64,000 nucleotides of DNA from Planctomycetota bacterium (GTDB lineage Bacteria > Planctomycetota > UBA1135 > UBA2386): positions 5,152,001-5,216,000 of the forward strand of contig OZ245006.1 of assembly GCA_965223545.1 (NCBI GenBank), in the 5' to 3' direction. The notes under the pieces are model-generated. The model was not told where the DNA came from, made no database searches, and was given only the letters and a program-made list of their open reading frames with translations. The position numbers and the translations under genes are program-made. Positions 31,302 to 41,050 of the stretch are shown one piece after another (position 1 is the first letter of the stretch; the number at the start of each line of letters is the position of its first letter).

Positions 31302-32375
31302 CTACCAGTCGTCGCGGAATCGGAGGACGCGGTCGCGCATGGCGTGGTAGACCGCGGTGGTCGCGCGCACGTCGTGGGCGTTGTACTCGCAGATGCGCTG
31401 CAGCTGGCCTGCCTCGTAGGCCGGTGCCACCATCGAGCCGTCCATCGATTCCTTCGGGCTCTCGATGCCCAGTGCCCAGCACAGCACGTCCAGGTTGGCG
31501 GGGCCGGCGATGCGCTCGCCGTGCGCCAGCACGCGGTGCAGGTCGAGGTGCGGGCGTAGGCCGAAGCGATTGCCCAGCAGGTCGACGCGCGCGGGGACGT
31601 CGAGGAGGAGGCTGCGCACGACCAGAAAGGGCACGTCGAAGCCGCGGCCGTTGAAGCTGACCACGGTCTCGGCCAGCGCCGCCAGCGACCACCACGCCTC
31701 GAGCAAGTCGCGCTCGGGCATGGGGCGAATCCACTCCGGCAGGTCGTCGCTTGCGGCGCCGTCGCGGGGGACCGCGAGCACGGTCACCGGTTGGTCTTTG
31801 GGGTCGAGGTCGCCGTTGCCCACCGCGATCGAAACGACCTTGCCGAACAGCGGCGAAAGCCCCATCAGCTTGGCCTCGTCCGAGTCGAAGCGCTCGGCGT
31901 GGCGCGCCAGCGCCTCGGCGACCGTCGTCGGCAGCGCGCGGCGGTGGGTCGCCGGCACGGTTTCGATGTCGAACACCAGCGTCGGACAGACGAGATCGCG
32001 CACGTGGCGCCAGCCCGGGCCGAACAGAGCCTCCTCGTCGTAGCCCTCGTCGTCGTCGGTCGCGGCGCGCAGCTTCTTGATGTTGGCCTGCGCCGCCCCC
32101 TGATACTCGTCCACCTCGAACAGCGCCTTGACCGGCGTCCCACCGGCGAGCGCGCCGATCTGCTCGCCGGCCGGAGCATCCGACCAGATCTTGCCGCGCA
32201 CGCGCGCGGTCGTGTCGGCCAGCACCAGGTCGAAGAACGGGTCGTTCTTGCGTGTGCGCCCCTCGCGCACCGACGAGATCACTCCGTAGGCGGTCACCAG
32301 TGTGCCGCGCTGCGGCTGGAGCGCGTCGAGCCGGGCGATGTGCTGCGGCCGCGGCCGTTGACTCTTGTCGCTCAC
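31302..32375 (-). CDS. OB-fold + PolB-type (RNase H-like DEDDy) 3'-5' exonuclease
   Basis: N-terminal T.KNDPFFDLVLADTT..V.GKIW (OB); FDIET; SFNGRGFDVPF; YNAHDV. Confidence 0.85.
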   Translation of the reverse strand: MSDKSQRPRPQHIARLDALQPQRGTLVTAYGVISSVREGRTRKNDPFFDLVLADTTARVRGKIWSDAPAGEQIGALAGGTPVKALFEVDEYQGAAQANIKKLRAATDDDEGYDEEALFGPGWRHVRDLVCPTLVFDIETVPATHRRALPTTVAEALARHAERFDSDEAKLMGLSPLFGKVVSIAVGNGDLDPKDQPVTVLAVPRDGAASDDLPEWIRPMPERDLLEAWWSLAALAETVVSFNGRGFDVPFLVVRSLLLDVPARVDLLGNRFGLRPHLDLHRVLAHGERIAGPANLDVLCWALGIESPKESMDGSMVAPAYEAGQLQRICEYNAHDVRATTAVYHAMRDRVLRFRDDW

Positions 32376-33559
32376 GACGTTCGCTCAACGAAGCGACGCA
32401 GCCGTGCCATGCCCTCGCGCAGCTCGTCGATCGCCGCGGCGTAGCTGATGCGGATGAAGCCAGGGATCGCGAATGCGCTGCCCGGCACCAGCGCCAGCCG
32501 CTCCTCGTCGAGCAGCCGCCGGCTCAGCTCGAGATCGTCGATCTGCAGCCGCGCGCACATACGCCGCGCGTCCACCAGCGCGTAGAATGCGCCGCCCGGT
32601 GCCTGCAGCGAGAGCTCGCCGAGCTGCGCGATCTCGTCGATGACCAGCTGGCGCCGCGCGCCGAATGCCGCCATGCGCGCCGCGCGTTCCTCGGTGTAAT
32701 CCAGCGCGCAGATCTCGAGCGCGGCGTGCTGGCTGATGGTGCACGGATTGCCGAGCACCTGGCTCTGGATCCTGCCGGCGGCGGCGATCACCTCGGCGTC
32801 ACCCGCCAAGAACGCCAGCCGCCAACCGGTGAACGAGTGCGATTTGGTCGCGCCGTTGACGACCATGGTGCGCGCGGCTCCCGCTTCGATCGCCGCCGGC
32901 GACACGTGGCGGCGATCTCCGTAGATCAACCCGGCGTAGATCTCGTCGGACAGGATCCACAAGTCGTTGGCGACCGCGGCGTCGACCAGATCCTCGAGCT
33001 GGGCGCGCGTCGGCACGGCGCCGGAGGGGTTGTTGGGGTAGTTCAGCAGAACGCCCGCCGCCCCAGCGCTCCGCGCTGCCTCGTCGAGCTGCGCGCCGGT
33101 GTGCACGAAGCCCTGCTCCGGCACCGGATCGACGATCACCGGCCGGCCGCCGGCGACCCCGACCAGATCGGGATACGACACCCAGTACGGCGCCAGGATG
33201 CACACCGGCTGCCCCGGTTCGAGCAGAGTGGTCAGCGCCATGTGCAGCGCCGCCTTGGCACCGGCGCACACCATGACCCGCTCCGCGTCGTAGCGCAGAT
33301 CGAACTGCGCCAGCCACTCGGCTGCCGCCTGGCGCAGTGCGGGCAAGCCGGAGGTCGCGGTGTAGCGCGTTGCCCCGCTCTCGATCGCCGCGATTCCGGC
33401 GCGGCGCACCGGCTCCGGCGTGGCGAAGTCGGGCTCGCCGGCGCTCAAAGAGATCACGTCCTCGCCGGCGGCGCGCAGCTCCGCCGCCCGCGCGGAGATC
33501 GCCAGCGTCACCGATTCGGCGACGGCGCGGGCACGGGCGCTGGGGGTCGGGAGCGGCAT
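32372..33559 (-). CDS. aspC: PLP-dependent class I aminotransferase (aspartate aminotransferase-like)
   Basis: AGEPDF; PNNPSG; SDEIY; K..SFTGWRL. Confidence 0.88.
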   Translation of the reverse strand: MPLPTPSARARAVAESVTLAISARAAELRAAGEDVISLSAGEPDFATPEPVRRAGIAAIESGATRYTATSGLPALRQAAAEWLAQFDLRYDAERVMVCAGAKAALHMALTTLLEPGQPVCILAPYWVSYPDLVGVAGGRPVIVDPVPEQGFVHTGAQLDEAARSAGAAGVLLNYPNNPSGAVPTRAQLEDLVDAAVANDLWILSDEIYAGLIYGDRRHVSPAAIEAGAARTMVVNGATKSHSFTGWRLAFLAGDAEVIAAAGRIQSQVLGNPCTISQHAALEICALDYTEERAARMAAFGARRQLVIDEIAQLGELSLQAPGGAFYALVDARRMCARLQIDDLELSRRLLDEERLALVPGSAFAIPGFIRISYAAAIDELREGMARLRRFVERTS

Positions 33560-33690
33560 CGGCGGCGCGGCCAGCGTAGACAGGATCTTCGCCCGAGTCC
33601 ATTCACGGGAAGACCGGCGCCCGGCGAATCGTCCCATTGCAATCGGCTCCGCTGGGATCGTTCGCGGCAGCCGCTAACGTGACGCGAACC

Positions 33691-35754
33691 ATGCGCGCCA
33701 AGAAGTTCTTCAAGGTTGCCGCCATCACCCTGCTGGCCGTTGCTCTGCTGCTGTTCGCCAGCATCGCCGTGTTCGTGTTCAACCCGCTCGAGGGCTCGCT
33801 GCGCGACATGCGCGACATCGTGCCGCGCGACGTGGACTTCTTTCTGCGCAAGCTGGACCTCGACGAGGACTTCGTCGAGGCGCCCGAGCCGCACTTCTGG
33901 GGCGACTTGGCCGGTCATCCGGGGTGGTACGAAAAGGTCGTGCGCGGGCCGACCTACCGCGACCTCAACGGCCGCGGGGAGATCACCGCCGCACTCGACG
34001 AGGTGCGCGCGCAGCTGGCGTCGGTGCGTGCGCAGAGTGGCGGCTTCTTCGACATCGTCGAGCACGTCATCGGCAACGAGCTGGAGATCGCCGGCAAGCT
34101 CGGCGACGCGACCGGTGGTGGCGCGGCATGGTGTGCTTACGCGCGCGTCGCCTGGCAGGCGAAAGCGGCGCTCGGCGCGCTGCGCTACGGCTTCGCGCAA
34201 GAACGCGTCCGGCAGGGCGGCCTCGAGGTGAGCTACGAGGCTCCGATGTTCGTGCTGCAGGCGCAGGGCGGTCCGCCGCTCTACGCCGCGCGATACCTCG
34301 ATTGCGTGATCGCTGGCAATGACCGTGAGCTCGTGCAGCGCAGCTACGGCATCGCCACCGGCGAGGCGGACGCCGAGAGCTTCGGGGCGTCGGCCAGCTA
34401 CCGGGACGGAGTCGAGCGCCGGCTGCGCGAATGGGAAGAGCAGACCGACCAGGCTGCCAACGCGATCGAGTTCTACTTGCGCCCCGACCGCTACTTCGGG
34501 TTGCCATCGATCACGTGGGACGACCGCTGGCCCGACCCGCACCATCCCACCGACATGAACGAGCGCGTGCTGGCGTCGTTCTTCAACCTGAGCTCCTGGC
34601 TCTACTTGACGGGCGCGCTGATCTTCGAGCCGGACTCGCTGTCGCTGCTCGCCGACATCGAGCTCGACCGCAACAAGCACACGGCGTTCCAGGGCAACTT
34701 CTTCCAGACCGAACGGCAGAGCAATCGCAAGTGGCTGCGCCCGTTCATGAGCATGGTGCCGGCCAACGCCTGCGCGTTCGCGGCCATGCGCATGCCGGCG
34801 GGGGACTTCATGCGCGAGATGTTCGGCGCGTTGACGGAGACCGAACGCACCGAGATCGACGAGCTGCTGCGGCGCACCGACGACTTCGAGAGCATGAACT
34901 CGCTGATCGACACGATGGCGCTCGCGCTCAGTCCGCGCACCGGTTTCGTGTTCCGCGCCAACGAAGTGGATCGTGCGACGGCCGAGATGATCGCGGTCGC
35001 CGACCCGGCGCCGGTGCCGCAGGTCGCCTGGGTGTTCTGGATGGAGAGCGGACGCGAAGGCGTGCTCACCGAGCTGGTCGAGAAGATCACCAACAACTTC
35101 CAGCTGCTCGGGTTCACGACCGCATACGATTTGCCGCTCGGCGTCGGTGGCTCGATCGGCAAGGACGCGGCGCGCGAGTTCTTGAACCCGCAGATCCCGG
35201 GGACCGGCTCGATCGCCACGCTGGTCTACCCGCCGTTCTTCGTGCTCAGCAACTCCGGTCCGCTGATCCGCGACATGATGCAGGCGCGGTTGTTGTCGGC
35301 CGCACCGTCGATTCTCGGCAACCCCGACCTCGACGAGTATCTGCGCGACGTGCCGGATGCGGTCAACGGCCTCGTCTTCCTGCAGTCGAACGAGATCGAG
35401 CGCGTGCTGCAGGGCTACGATCGCGACATCGTGCAGAGCGGCGGCATGCCCGATCCGGAGTGGGCGCAGCAGCGTCGCTCCACCGCCCAGCTCTCGGTGT
35501 TCCGCCAGAAGTACTCGCGGCACGGCTCGATGGCGGGCATCCCCGAGTCGGAGCGCGCTGCCTTCGAGCGCGACGTCGACGCCGAGCTCGACGACATGTG
35601 GCGGCGCGAGCGCACCAACTACAGCGCGGATGCGCGCGCATCGATCGCGGAGGCGATCGGCTTGACCCGGCTGTTCCGCTCGGCGTACTTGCAGCTGACT
35701 CTGGAGCCGCGCCATCTGCAGCTGTCGGGGCGCGCGTTGGCTGCGTTCCGCTAA
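33691..35754 (+). CDS. Hypothetical membrane-anchored protein (687 aa)
   Basis: Long ORF with native high-GC3 codon usage and an N-terminal TM helix. Confidence 0.8.
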   Translation: MRAKKFFKVAAITLLAVALLLFASIAVFVFNPLEGSLRDMRDIVPRDVDFFLRKLDLDEDFVEAPEPHFWGDLAGHPGWYEKVVRGPTYRDLNGRGEITAALDEVRAQLASVRAQSGGFFDIVEHVIGNELEIAGKLGDATGGGAAWCAYARVAWQAKAALGALRYGFAQERVRQGGLEVSYEAPMFVLQAQGGPPLYAARYLDCVIAGNDRELVQRSYGIATGEADAESFGASASYRDGVERRLREWEEQTDQAANAIEFYLRPDRYFGLPSITWDDRWPDPHHPTDMNERVLASFFNLSSWLYLTGALIFEPDSLSLLADIELDRNKHTAFQGNFFQTERQSNRKWLRPFMSMVPANACAFAAMRMPAGDFMREMFGALTETERTEIDELLRRTDDFESMNSLIDTMALALSPRTGFVFRANEVDRATAEMIAVADPAPVPQVAWVFWMESGREGVLTELVEKITNNFQLLGFTTAYDLPLGVGGSIGKDAAREFLNPQIPGTGSIATLVYPPFFVLSNSGPLIRDMMQARLLSAAPSILGNPDLDEYLRDVPDAVNGLVFLQSNEIERVLQGYDRDIVQSGGMPDPEWAQQRRSTAQLSVFRQKYSRHGSMAGIPESERAAFERDVDAELDDMWRRERTNYSADARASIAEAIGLTRLFRSAYLQLTLEPRHLQLSGRALAAFR

Positions 35755-35767
35755 GACGCGGCCGGTC

Positions 35768-35795
35768 TTGAAACTCGGGCAGTCCCGGGTATCGT
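35768..35795 (+). promoter_or_regulatory. Sigma-70-like promoter for tRNA-Leu
   Basis: TTGAAA-N16-TATCGT, 14 bp upstream of the tRNA. Confidence 0.5.
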
Positions 35796-35809
35796 CCTCC
35801 GCCCCGCTC

Positions 35810-35898
<89 letters not shown>

Positions 35899-35903
35899 CT
35901 TGG

Positions 35904-35933
35904 ACGGCCCGGGCCGACGGCCTGGGCCGTTTT
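35904..35933 (+). terminator. Intrinsic terminator after the tRNA
   Basis: ACGGCCCGGGCC-GAC-GGCCTGGGCCGT followed by a T-run. Confidence 0.7.
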
Positions 35934-36025
35934 CGTTCCTGCGTTGCGGCGTCCCGCGCCGCCGATACGGTACTGCGATCGTGACTAGCAAATGGGGTGG
36001 GCAGCCGGGCGCTGCCCCTGACAGT

Positions 36026-36955
36026 GTGTTGGCGCCAGAGGCGCGCGTCTGGCTCGACGGCGAGCTGCGGGCGCCGGCCGATGCGCAGTTGGGTCTCTTG
36101 ACCCACACGCTGCACTACGGCTTCGGGTTGTTCGAGGGCATCCGCGCCTACCGCCAGGCCGACGGCGGCTCGGCGGTGTTTCGCCTGGCTGAGCACGTTG
36201 CGCGCATGTTCGACGGCGCGAAGATCCTCGACCTCGAGATCCCGTTCACCGCGGAACGCTTGGTCGACGCCTGCATCGAGACCCTCACCGCCAATCGGTT
36301 GGCAGAGGCCTACCTGCGGCCGGTGGTGTTCGTCGGTGAAGGGCGGATGGGGATCTACGCCCCGCAAAACCCGGTGCGCGTCGGCATCGCCGCCTGGGAG
36401 TGGGGCGCCTACCTCGGCGACGAAGGCTTGCAGCGCGGCATCCGCTGCCGCGTGTCCTCGTTCACGCGCACCCACGTCAACACCAACATGGTGCGCGCCA
36501 AGGTGACCGGTGGCTACATCACGTCGATCTTGGCGAAGAGCGAGGCCGCAAGAGACGGCTACGACGAGGCGATCCTGCTCGACCAGGACGGCTACTGCGC
36601 CGAGGGGTCGGGCGAGAACCTGTTTGCGATCTACGACGGCACTCTGGTGACGCCGCCGCTGTCGTCGCCGATCCTCGCCGGCATCACCCGCGACGCGCTG
36701 CTGACGCTGGCGCGCGAGCGCGGCATCGCCGTCGAGGAGCGCCGCTTCTCCCGCGACGAACTCTATCTCGCCGACGAGGCGTTCTTCACCGGGACCGCCG
36801 CCGAGGTCACGCCGATCCGCGAGGTCGACGGTCGCACCATCGGCACCGGCGAGCCGGGGCCGGTGACCAAGACGCTGCAGGACGCGTTCTTCAAGGTGCT
36901 ACGCGGCGAGGTCGCGGAGCACGCCGACTGGCGCGCCACCTATCGCGTCGACTGA
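36026..36955 (+). CDS. ilvE: Branched-chain amino acid aminotransferase
   Basis: LHYGFGLFEGIRAY; AKVTGGY; EGSGENLF; ILAGITR; TGTAAEV. Confidence 0.95.
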   Translation: MLAPEARVWLDGELRAPADAQLGLLTHTLHYGFGLFEGIRAYRQADGGSAVFRLAEHVARMFDGAKILDLEIPFTAERLVDACIETLTANRLAEAYLRPVVFVGEGRMGIYAPQNPVRVGIAAWEWGAYLGDEGLQRGIRCRVSSFTRTHVNTNMVRAKVTGGYITSILAKSEAARDGYDEAILLDQDGYCAEGSGENLFAIYDGTLVTPPLSSPILAGITRDALLTLARERGIAVEERRFSRDELYLADEAFFTGTAAEVTPIREVDGRTIGTGEPGPVTKTLQDAFFKVLRGEVAEHADWRATYRVD

Positions 36956-36976
36956 GCAAAACGCTACGCCGCGCGC

Positions 36977-38668
36977 TCAGTAGCCGGCGGCGTGGCCGTC
37001 CTTGCGCGCCTCGGTCGCACCGACGTAGACGCCGTTGTCGAGGCGGCGCAGCACGGCTTGGTAGCCGCCGAAGCCGTCGGTCGCGACCTCCACGCGATGG
37101 CCGCGCTCGCGCAGGGCCTCCGCCAAGGACGCCGGAAAGCCGGGCTCCAGCAGCACCGTGCCTCCATCGGTCATCCGTTCGCCGGTGGGTTGCGACGAGC
37201 CGCTGTGCCGCACGCGCGGTGCGTCGCCGGCTTCCTGCAGGTTCATGCCGAAGTCGAGCAGGTTGACGAGGATCTGCACGTGGCCCTGCGGCTGCATCGC
37301 GCCGCCCATCACTCCGAAGCTCAAGTACGGCGCCCCGTCGCGGGTGACGAACGCCGGAATGATGGTGTGGAACGGCCGCTTGCCGGGCGCGTAGCTGTTG
37401 GGGCGGCCGGGCTCGAGATCGAACAGTTCGCCTCGATCCTGCAGGCAGAAGCCGAGGGTCGGGGGCGTCATGCCGGAGCCCATGCCCCGGTAGTTGCTCT
37501 GGATCAGCGACACCATGTTGCCGTCGGCGTCGGCGACCGACAGGTAGACCGTGTCGCCGTGTTCGAGCGCGGCGATCCCCGTGTCGTAGCGCGCCGCCGC
37601 GCGCTCGCCGATGAGCGCGCGCCGCTCGGTGGCGTACTCCTCCGAGATCAAGCGCTCCACCGGCAGGTCGCCAAACGCCGGGTCCGCGTACCAGTGGGCC
37701 CGGTCTTCGAAGGCGAGCTTCTTGGCTTCGACGAGCAGGTGCACGTAGTCCGCGCTGCCAAAGCCCATCGCCCCGAGATCGTAGCTCTCGAGGATGTTCA
37801 GCATCTGCAGCGCGGCGATCCCCTGGCCGTTGGGTGGCAGCTCGTGCACCTCGAAGCCGCGGTACGACACCGACACCGGCGTCACCCACTCGGACCGGTG
37901 AGCGGCGAGATCCTCGCGGCTCAGAAAGCCACCCTCGGCGGCCAGGAAGTCGACCAGCTGGCCGGCGATCTCGCCGTCGTAGAACGCGTCGCGCCCGTCG
38001 GCCGCGATGCGCTCGAGCGTCGTCGCCAGGGCAGGGTTGCGGAACAGCTCGCCCTTGCGCGGCGCGCGCCCGTCGATGGTGAACACCTCGGCGAAGCCCG
38101 GGTAGTCGCGCAGCGCGCGGACCCCGCGCGCCCAAGCCGCGGCGATCACGGCGGACACCGGAAACCCATCGCGCGCGTAGCCGATCGCCGGCGCCAGCAC
38201 CGCGGTCATCGGCAGCCGGCCAAACCGATCGTGCAGGGCGAACCAGCCGTCGACGCATCCCGGCACGGTCACCGGCAGCGGGCCGTGCGCGGGAATCTTT
38301 TCGAGGCCGCGTTCGGCGAGCATCGCGGCGGTGAGCGCGCGCGGCGAGCGGCCCGTCCCGTTGAGCCCATGCAGCTGGCCGCTTGCGGCATCCCAGACGA
38401 TCGCGAAGAGATCTCCGCCAATGCCGCAGCCGGTCGGCTCGACGACACCGAGCACGGCGTTGGCCGCGATCGCCGCGTCGACCGCCGATCCCCCGCTGCG
38501 CAAGACCTGGAGTGCGGCCTGCGTCGCGAGGGGCTGGCTGGTCGCCGCCATGGCATGGCGGGCGATCGCTTCGGATCGCGTTGCGAACGAGACTTCGCCG
38601 TGCCGGGCTTGGGCGGGGATCGACATCATGACGCAGGCGAACGCGAGCGGGAGGAGCGGGTGGGCCAT
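36977..38668 (-). CDS. ggt: Gamma-glutamyltransferase
   Basis: GGSAVDAAIA; GIGGD; DTVYLSVAD (Thr nucleophile); PGKRPFHT; MGGAMQPQG. Confidence 0.95.
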   Translation of the reverse strand: MAHPLLPLAFACVMMSIPAQARHGEVSFATRSEAIARHAMAATSQPLATQAALQVLRSGGSAVDAAIAANAVLGVVEPTGCGIGGDLFAIVWDAASGQLHGLNGTGRSPRALTAAMLAERGLEKIPAHGPLPVTVPGCVDGWFALHDRFGRLPMTAVLAPAIGYARDGFPVSAVIAAAWARGVRALRDYPGFAEVFTIDGRAPRKGELFRNPALATTLERIAADGRDAFYDGEIAGQLVDFLAAEGGFLSREDLAAHRSEWVTPVSVSYRGFEVHELPPNGQGIAALQMLNILESYDLGAMGFGSADYVHLLVEAKKLAFEDRAHWYADPAFGDLPVERLISEEYATERRALIGERAAARYDTGIAALEHGDTVYLSVADADGNMVSLIQSNYRGMGSGMTPPTLGFCLQDRGELFDLEPGRPNSYAPGKRPFHTIIPAFVTRDGAPYLSFGVMGGAMQPQGHVQILVNLLDFGMNLQEAGDAPRVRHSGSSQPTGERMTDGGTVLLEPGFPASLAEALRERGHRVEVATDGFGGYQAVLRRLDNGVYVGATEARKDGHAAGY

Positions 38669-38833
38669 GGGAGAGTCGGGCGATTCTAGCCCGATCCCGG
38701 CGGCGGATGCCGGCCCTCCCTTCGAGCCATCGCAATCGGCGACGGCCGCCGGAGCGCGGCACTTTCTCGGGGGACTGCTAGACTGGGAGCCCGAGCGCCG
38801 CGCAGGATTGGCGGCGCCGGTCGAGTGCAGTCC

Positions 38834-39733
38834 ATGGCTTCCGAACAGACACAACCTCTGCCCGCCGCGATCGAGGCCGCGGTCAGTCTGTTGGCGGACG
38901 CCGAGCCGCGCGTGGTGGCCGCCTGCCGCGAGCAGCTGCTGCGCTGGGGCGAGCCCGCGGTGCCCGTCCTGCGGCGCGTCGCCATCGGTTCGGATGCGCG
39001 GCTGCGCGTGCGCGCGCGCTCGCTGCTGCGCACGCTCGAGCTACGCGCCTGGAGTGCGCAGGTCCGCAGCTTCGCGCGCGCCATCGAGCAGGGCAGGCCG
39101 GCGCGCATCGGGGCGGGATCGTTGCTCGAGAGTGGGCTGTTGTTGTTGTCGTCGCTGACGCGCGCCGAGGACTTGGACCGGGCCGGCTACGAGGGGGCGG
39201 TGGCTGCCTTCGGCCGCGAGCTGCGCGGCAAGGTGCGCGGCCGCACCGCGGCGAGCGCGGCGCGTTCGCTCGGTGCATACATGGCGGAGCGGCTGGAGTT
39301 CACCGCGGAGTCGGCCAGTCTGTACGATCTCGACGCGGTCGCCATCGACGTCGCCACCCAGCGGCGGCTGGCGACTCCTCTCGTCTTGGCGTTGCTCTAT
39401 GCGATCGTCGGCCGGCGCGCGGGCTTGCGCGTCACCGTCGTCGGCTTGCCCGAGGATTGGTTGGTGCGCGTGCACGGCGCGCGCCCGGTGCTCGTCGACC
39501 CGCTGCGCGGTGGTGAGAGTTTGACCAAGGCCGATTGCGTTCGCCATCTGCGCGTCACGGGCTACAGTAGCGGCGCGTCGGCCTACCTGTCGGACCTCGA
39601 TGACCGCGCTCTGCTGCTCGCCCACGTCGAAAGCCTGCAACGCGTGTTCGGCTACCGTGAGGACGGCGAGGTGCTGCGCGCGCTGCGCCAAGCGCACGAC
39701 GCGCTCGGTCGGGTCGCCGACAGCACGAAGTAG
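38834..39733 (+). CDS. SirB1/transglutaminase-like (Transglut_core2) protein
   Basis: PLVLALLYAIVGRRAGL..TVVGLP; LVDPL.GG. Confidence 0.7.
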   Translation: MASEQTQPLPAAIEAAVSLLADAEPRVVAACREQLLRWGEPAVPVLRRVAIGSDARLRVRARSLLRTLELRAWSAQVRSFARAIEQGRPARIGAGSLLESGLLLLSSLTRAEDLDRAGYEGAVAAFGRELRGKVRGRTAASAARSLGAYMAERLEFTAESASLYDLDAVAIDVATQRRLATPLVLALLYAIVGRRAGLRVTVVGLPEDWLVRVHGARPVLVDPLRGGESLTKADCVRHLRVTGYSSGASAYLSDLDDRALLLAHVESLQRVFGYREDGEVLRALRQAHDALGRVADSTK

Positions 39734-39764
39734 CAGCGCGGCGCGGCAGCTTCGCGCGGTCGGC

Positions 39765-41021
39765 GTGGGGTGGCTGGTCGGCTTGACTGGGTGCGCGGGG
39801 TTGTTCCAAGAGGCCATGCCGGCGCGTCCGGCGGAGATGGCATTGGCTGCTTCGGTTGGGGAGGTCGAAGTCGGCGCCGCCGCCGTCGACATCACGCCCG
39901 AGCGCGACCTGTACTTGGGTGGATTCGATCTGGCGCGGCCGGCGACCGGGGTGCACTCGCGGCTCGAGGCGCGCGCGATGGTGATCCGGGCCGGCGGGGT
40001 CCGGGTGGCGTTGGTCGGCGTCGACAACCTCGGCCTACAGCGGGACGACGTCGAGTGGATCAAGAGCGGCATCACCGGCTTTCGCAACGGCTGCGTGTTC
40101 GTGTGCAGCAGCCACACCCACGCGGCGCCCGATCTGGTCGGGTTTTGGGGCTACTACTTCCTGACGTCCGGGCGCGACCGTGACTACTTGCGGCGCGTGC
40201 GCGACGGCGTCTGTCAGGCCGTGCAGCTGGCGACCGAGCGGCTGCGGCCGGCGACGTTGATCCGCGGGGAGGCGCTGCTGCCGCCGCGCGGGCTGGTGCG
40301 CAACAGCAACCGGACGGGATTGTTCGACCGGCGGTTCACCGTCGTGCAGGCGCGCGACCGCGCGACCGGCGCGCCGTTGGCGGCGTTGCTGCACATGGCC
40401 TGTCACCCCGAGGCGCTGCGCCGCCGCAACACGATGGTGTCGGCCGATTTCGTCGGCTCACTGTGCGACGCCTGGTCGGCCGCGGGCTTGGGACAGCCGG
40501 TTTTCGTCAACGGCGCGCTCGGCGCGATGATCTCGCCCGAGCCGCAAGGCGAGGAGGGCGTGGCGGAGATGGGCGCCGCGCTCTTCGAGGTGGCGCAGCG
40601 CGCGTTGGCCGCGGCGCGGCCGCTGCCCGTCACCGAGATCGAGGTGCGGCGGCGCGATGTGTACCTACCGCTGACGTCGCCGGGTCTGCTGCTCGGGCGG
40701 TTGACCCTGGCGATCCCACGGCGCGCCTACGACGACCACATGCGGACGACCGTCGGCTATCTGCGGCTCGGTGCATTGCAGGCGGTGTCGGTTCCGGGCG
40801 AGGTCGAGCCGACGCTCGCCGAGCGCTGGCGGCGGCGCACCGGGGTTCCCGATCTCCTGCTGTTCGGGCTCTGCGACGACGAGGTGGGCTACTTGATGCG
40901 CACGGTCGATGCGCGTGACCCGGAGTTCGCCTACGAGCGGTTGATGTCGCCGTGCGTCGACGCCGGCGCGCGCGTCGAGGCGGCGTTGATCGGTGGTGCG
41001 GCCGCGTCGGCGCGGTGGTGA
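39765..41021 (+). CDS. Neutral/alkaline ceramidase N-terminal-like lipoprotein
   Basis: GAAAVDITP; SSHTHAAPD; ACHPE; SADF; start codon uncertain. Confidence 0.7.
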   Translation: MGWLVGLTGCAGLFQEAMPARPAEMALAASVGEVEVGAAAVDITPERDLYLGGFDLARPATGVHSRLEARAMVIRAGGVRVALVGVDNLGLQRDDVEWIKSGITGFRNGCVFVCSSHTHAAPDLVGFWGYYFLTSGRDRDYLRRVRDGVCQAVQLATERLRPATLIRGEALLPPRGLVRNSNRTGLFDRRFTVVQARDRATGAPLAALLHMACHPEALRRRNTMVSADFVGSLCDAWSAAGLGQPVFVNGALGAMISPEPQGEEGVAEMGAALFEVAQRALAAARPLPVTEIEVRRRDVYLPLTSPGLLLGRLTLAIPRRAYDDHMRTTVGYLRLGALQAVSVPGEVEPTLAERWRRRTGVPDLLLFGLCDDEVGYLMRTVDARDPEFAYERLMSPCVDAGARVEAALIGGAAASARW

Positions 41022-41050
41022 TGAACGGGAGCCTGGCTCCGTACTTTCAG
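41019..41050. repeat. Empty REP-like palindrome (IS110 target family) between convergent genes
   Basis: TGATGAACGGGAGC-CTG-GCTCCGTACTTTCAG versus the reconstructed copy-1 target TGATGAATCGGAGC-CTG-GCTCCGTACTTTCAG (2 differences). Confidence 0.85.
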
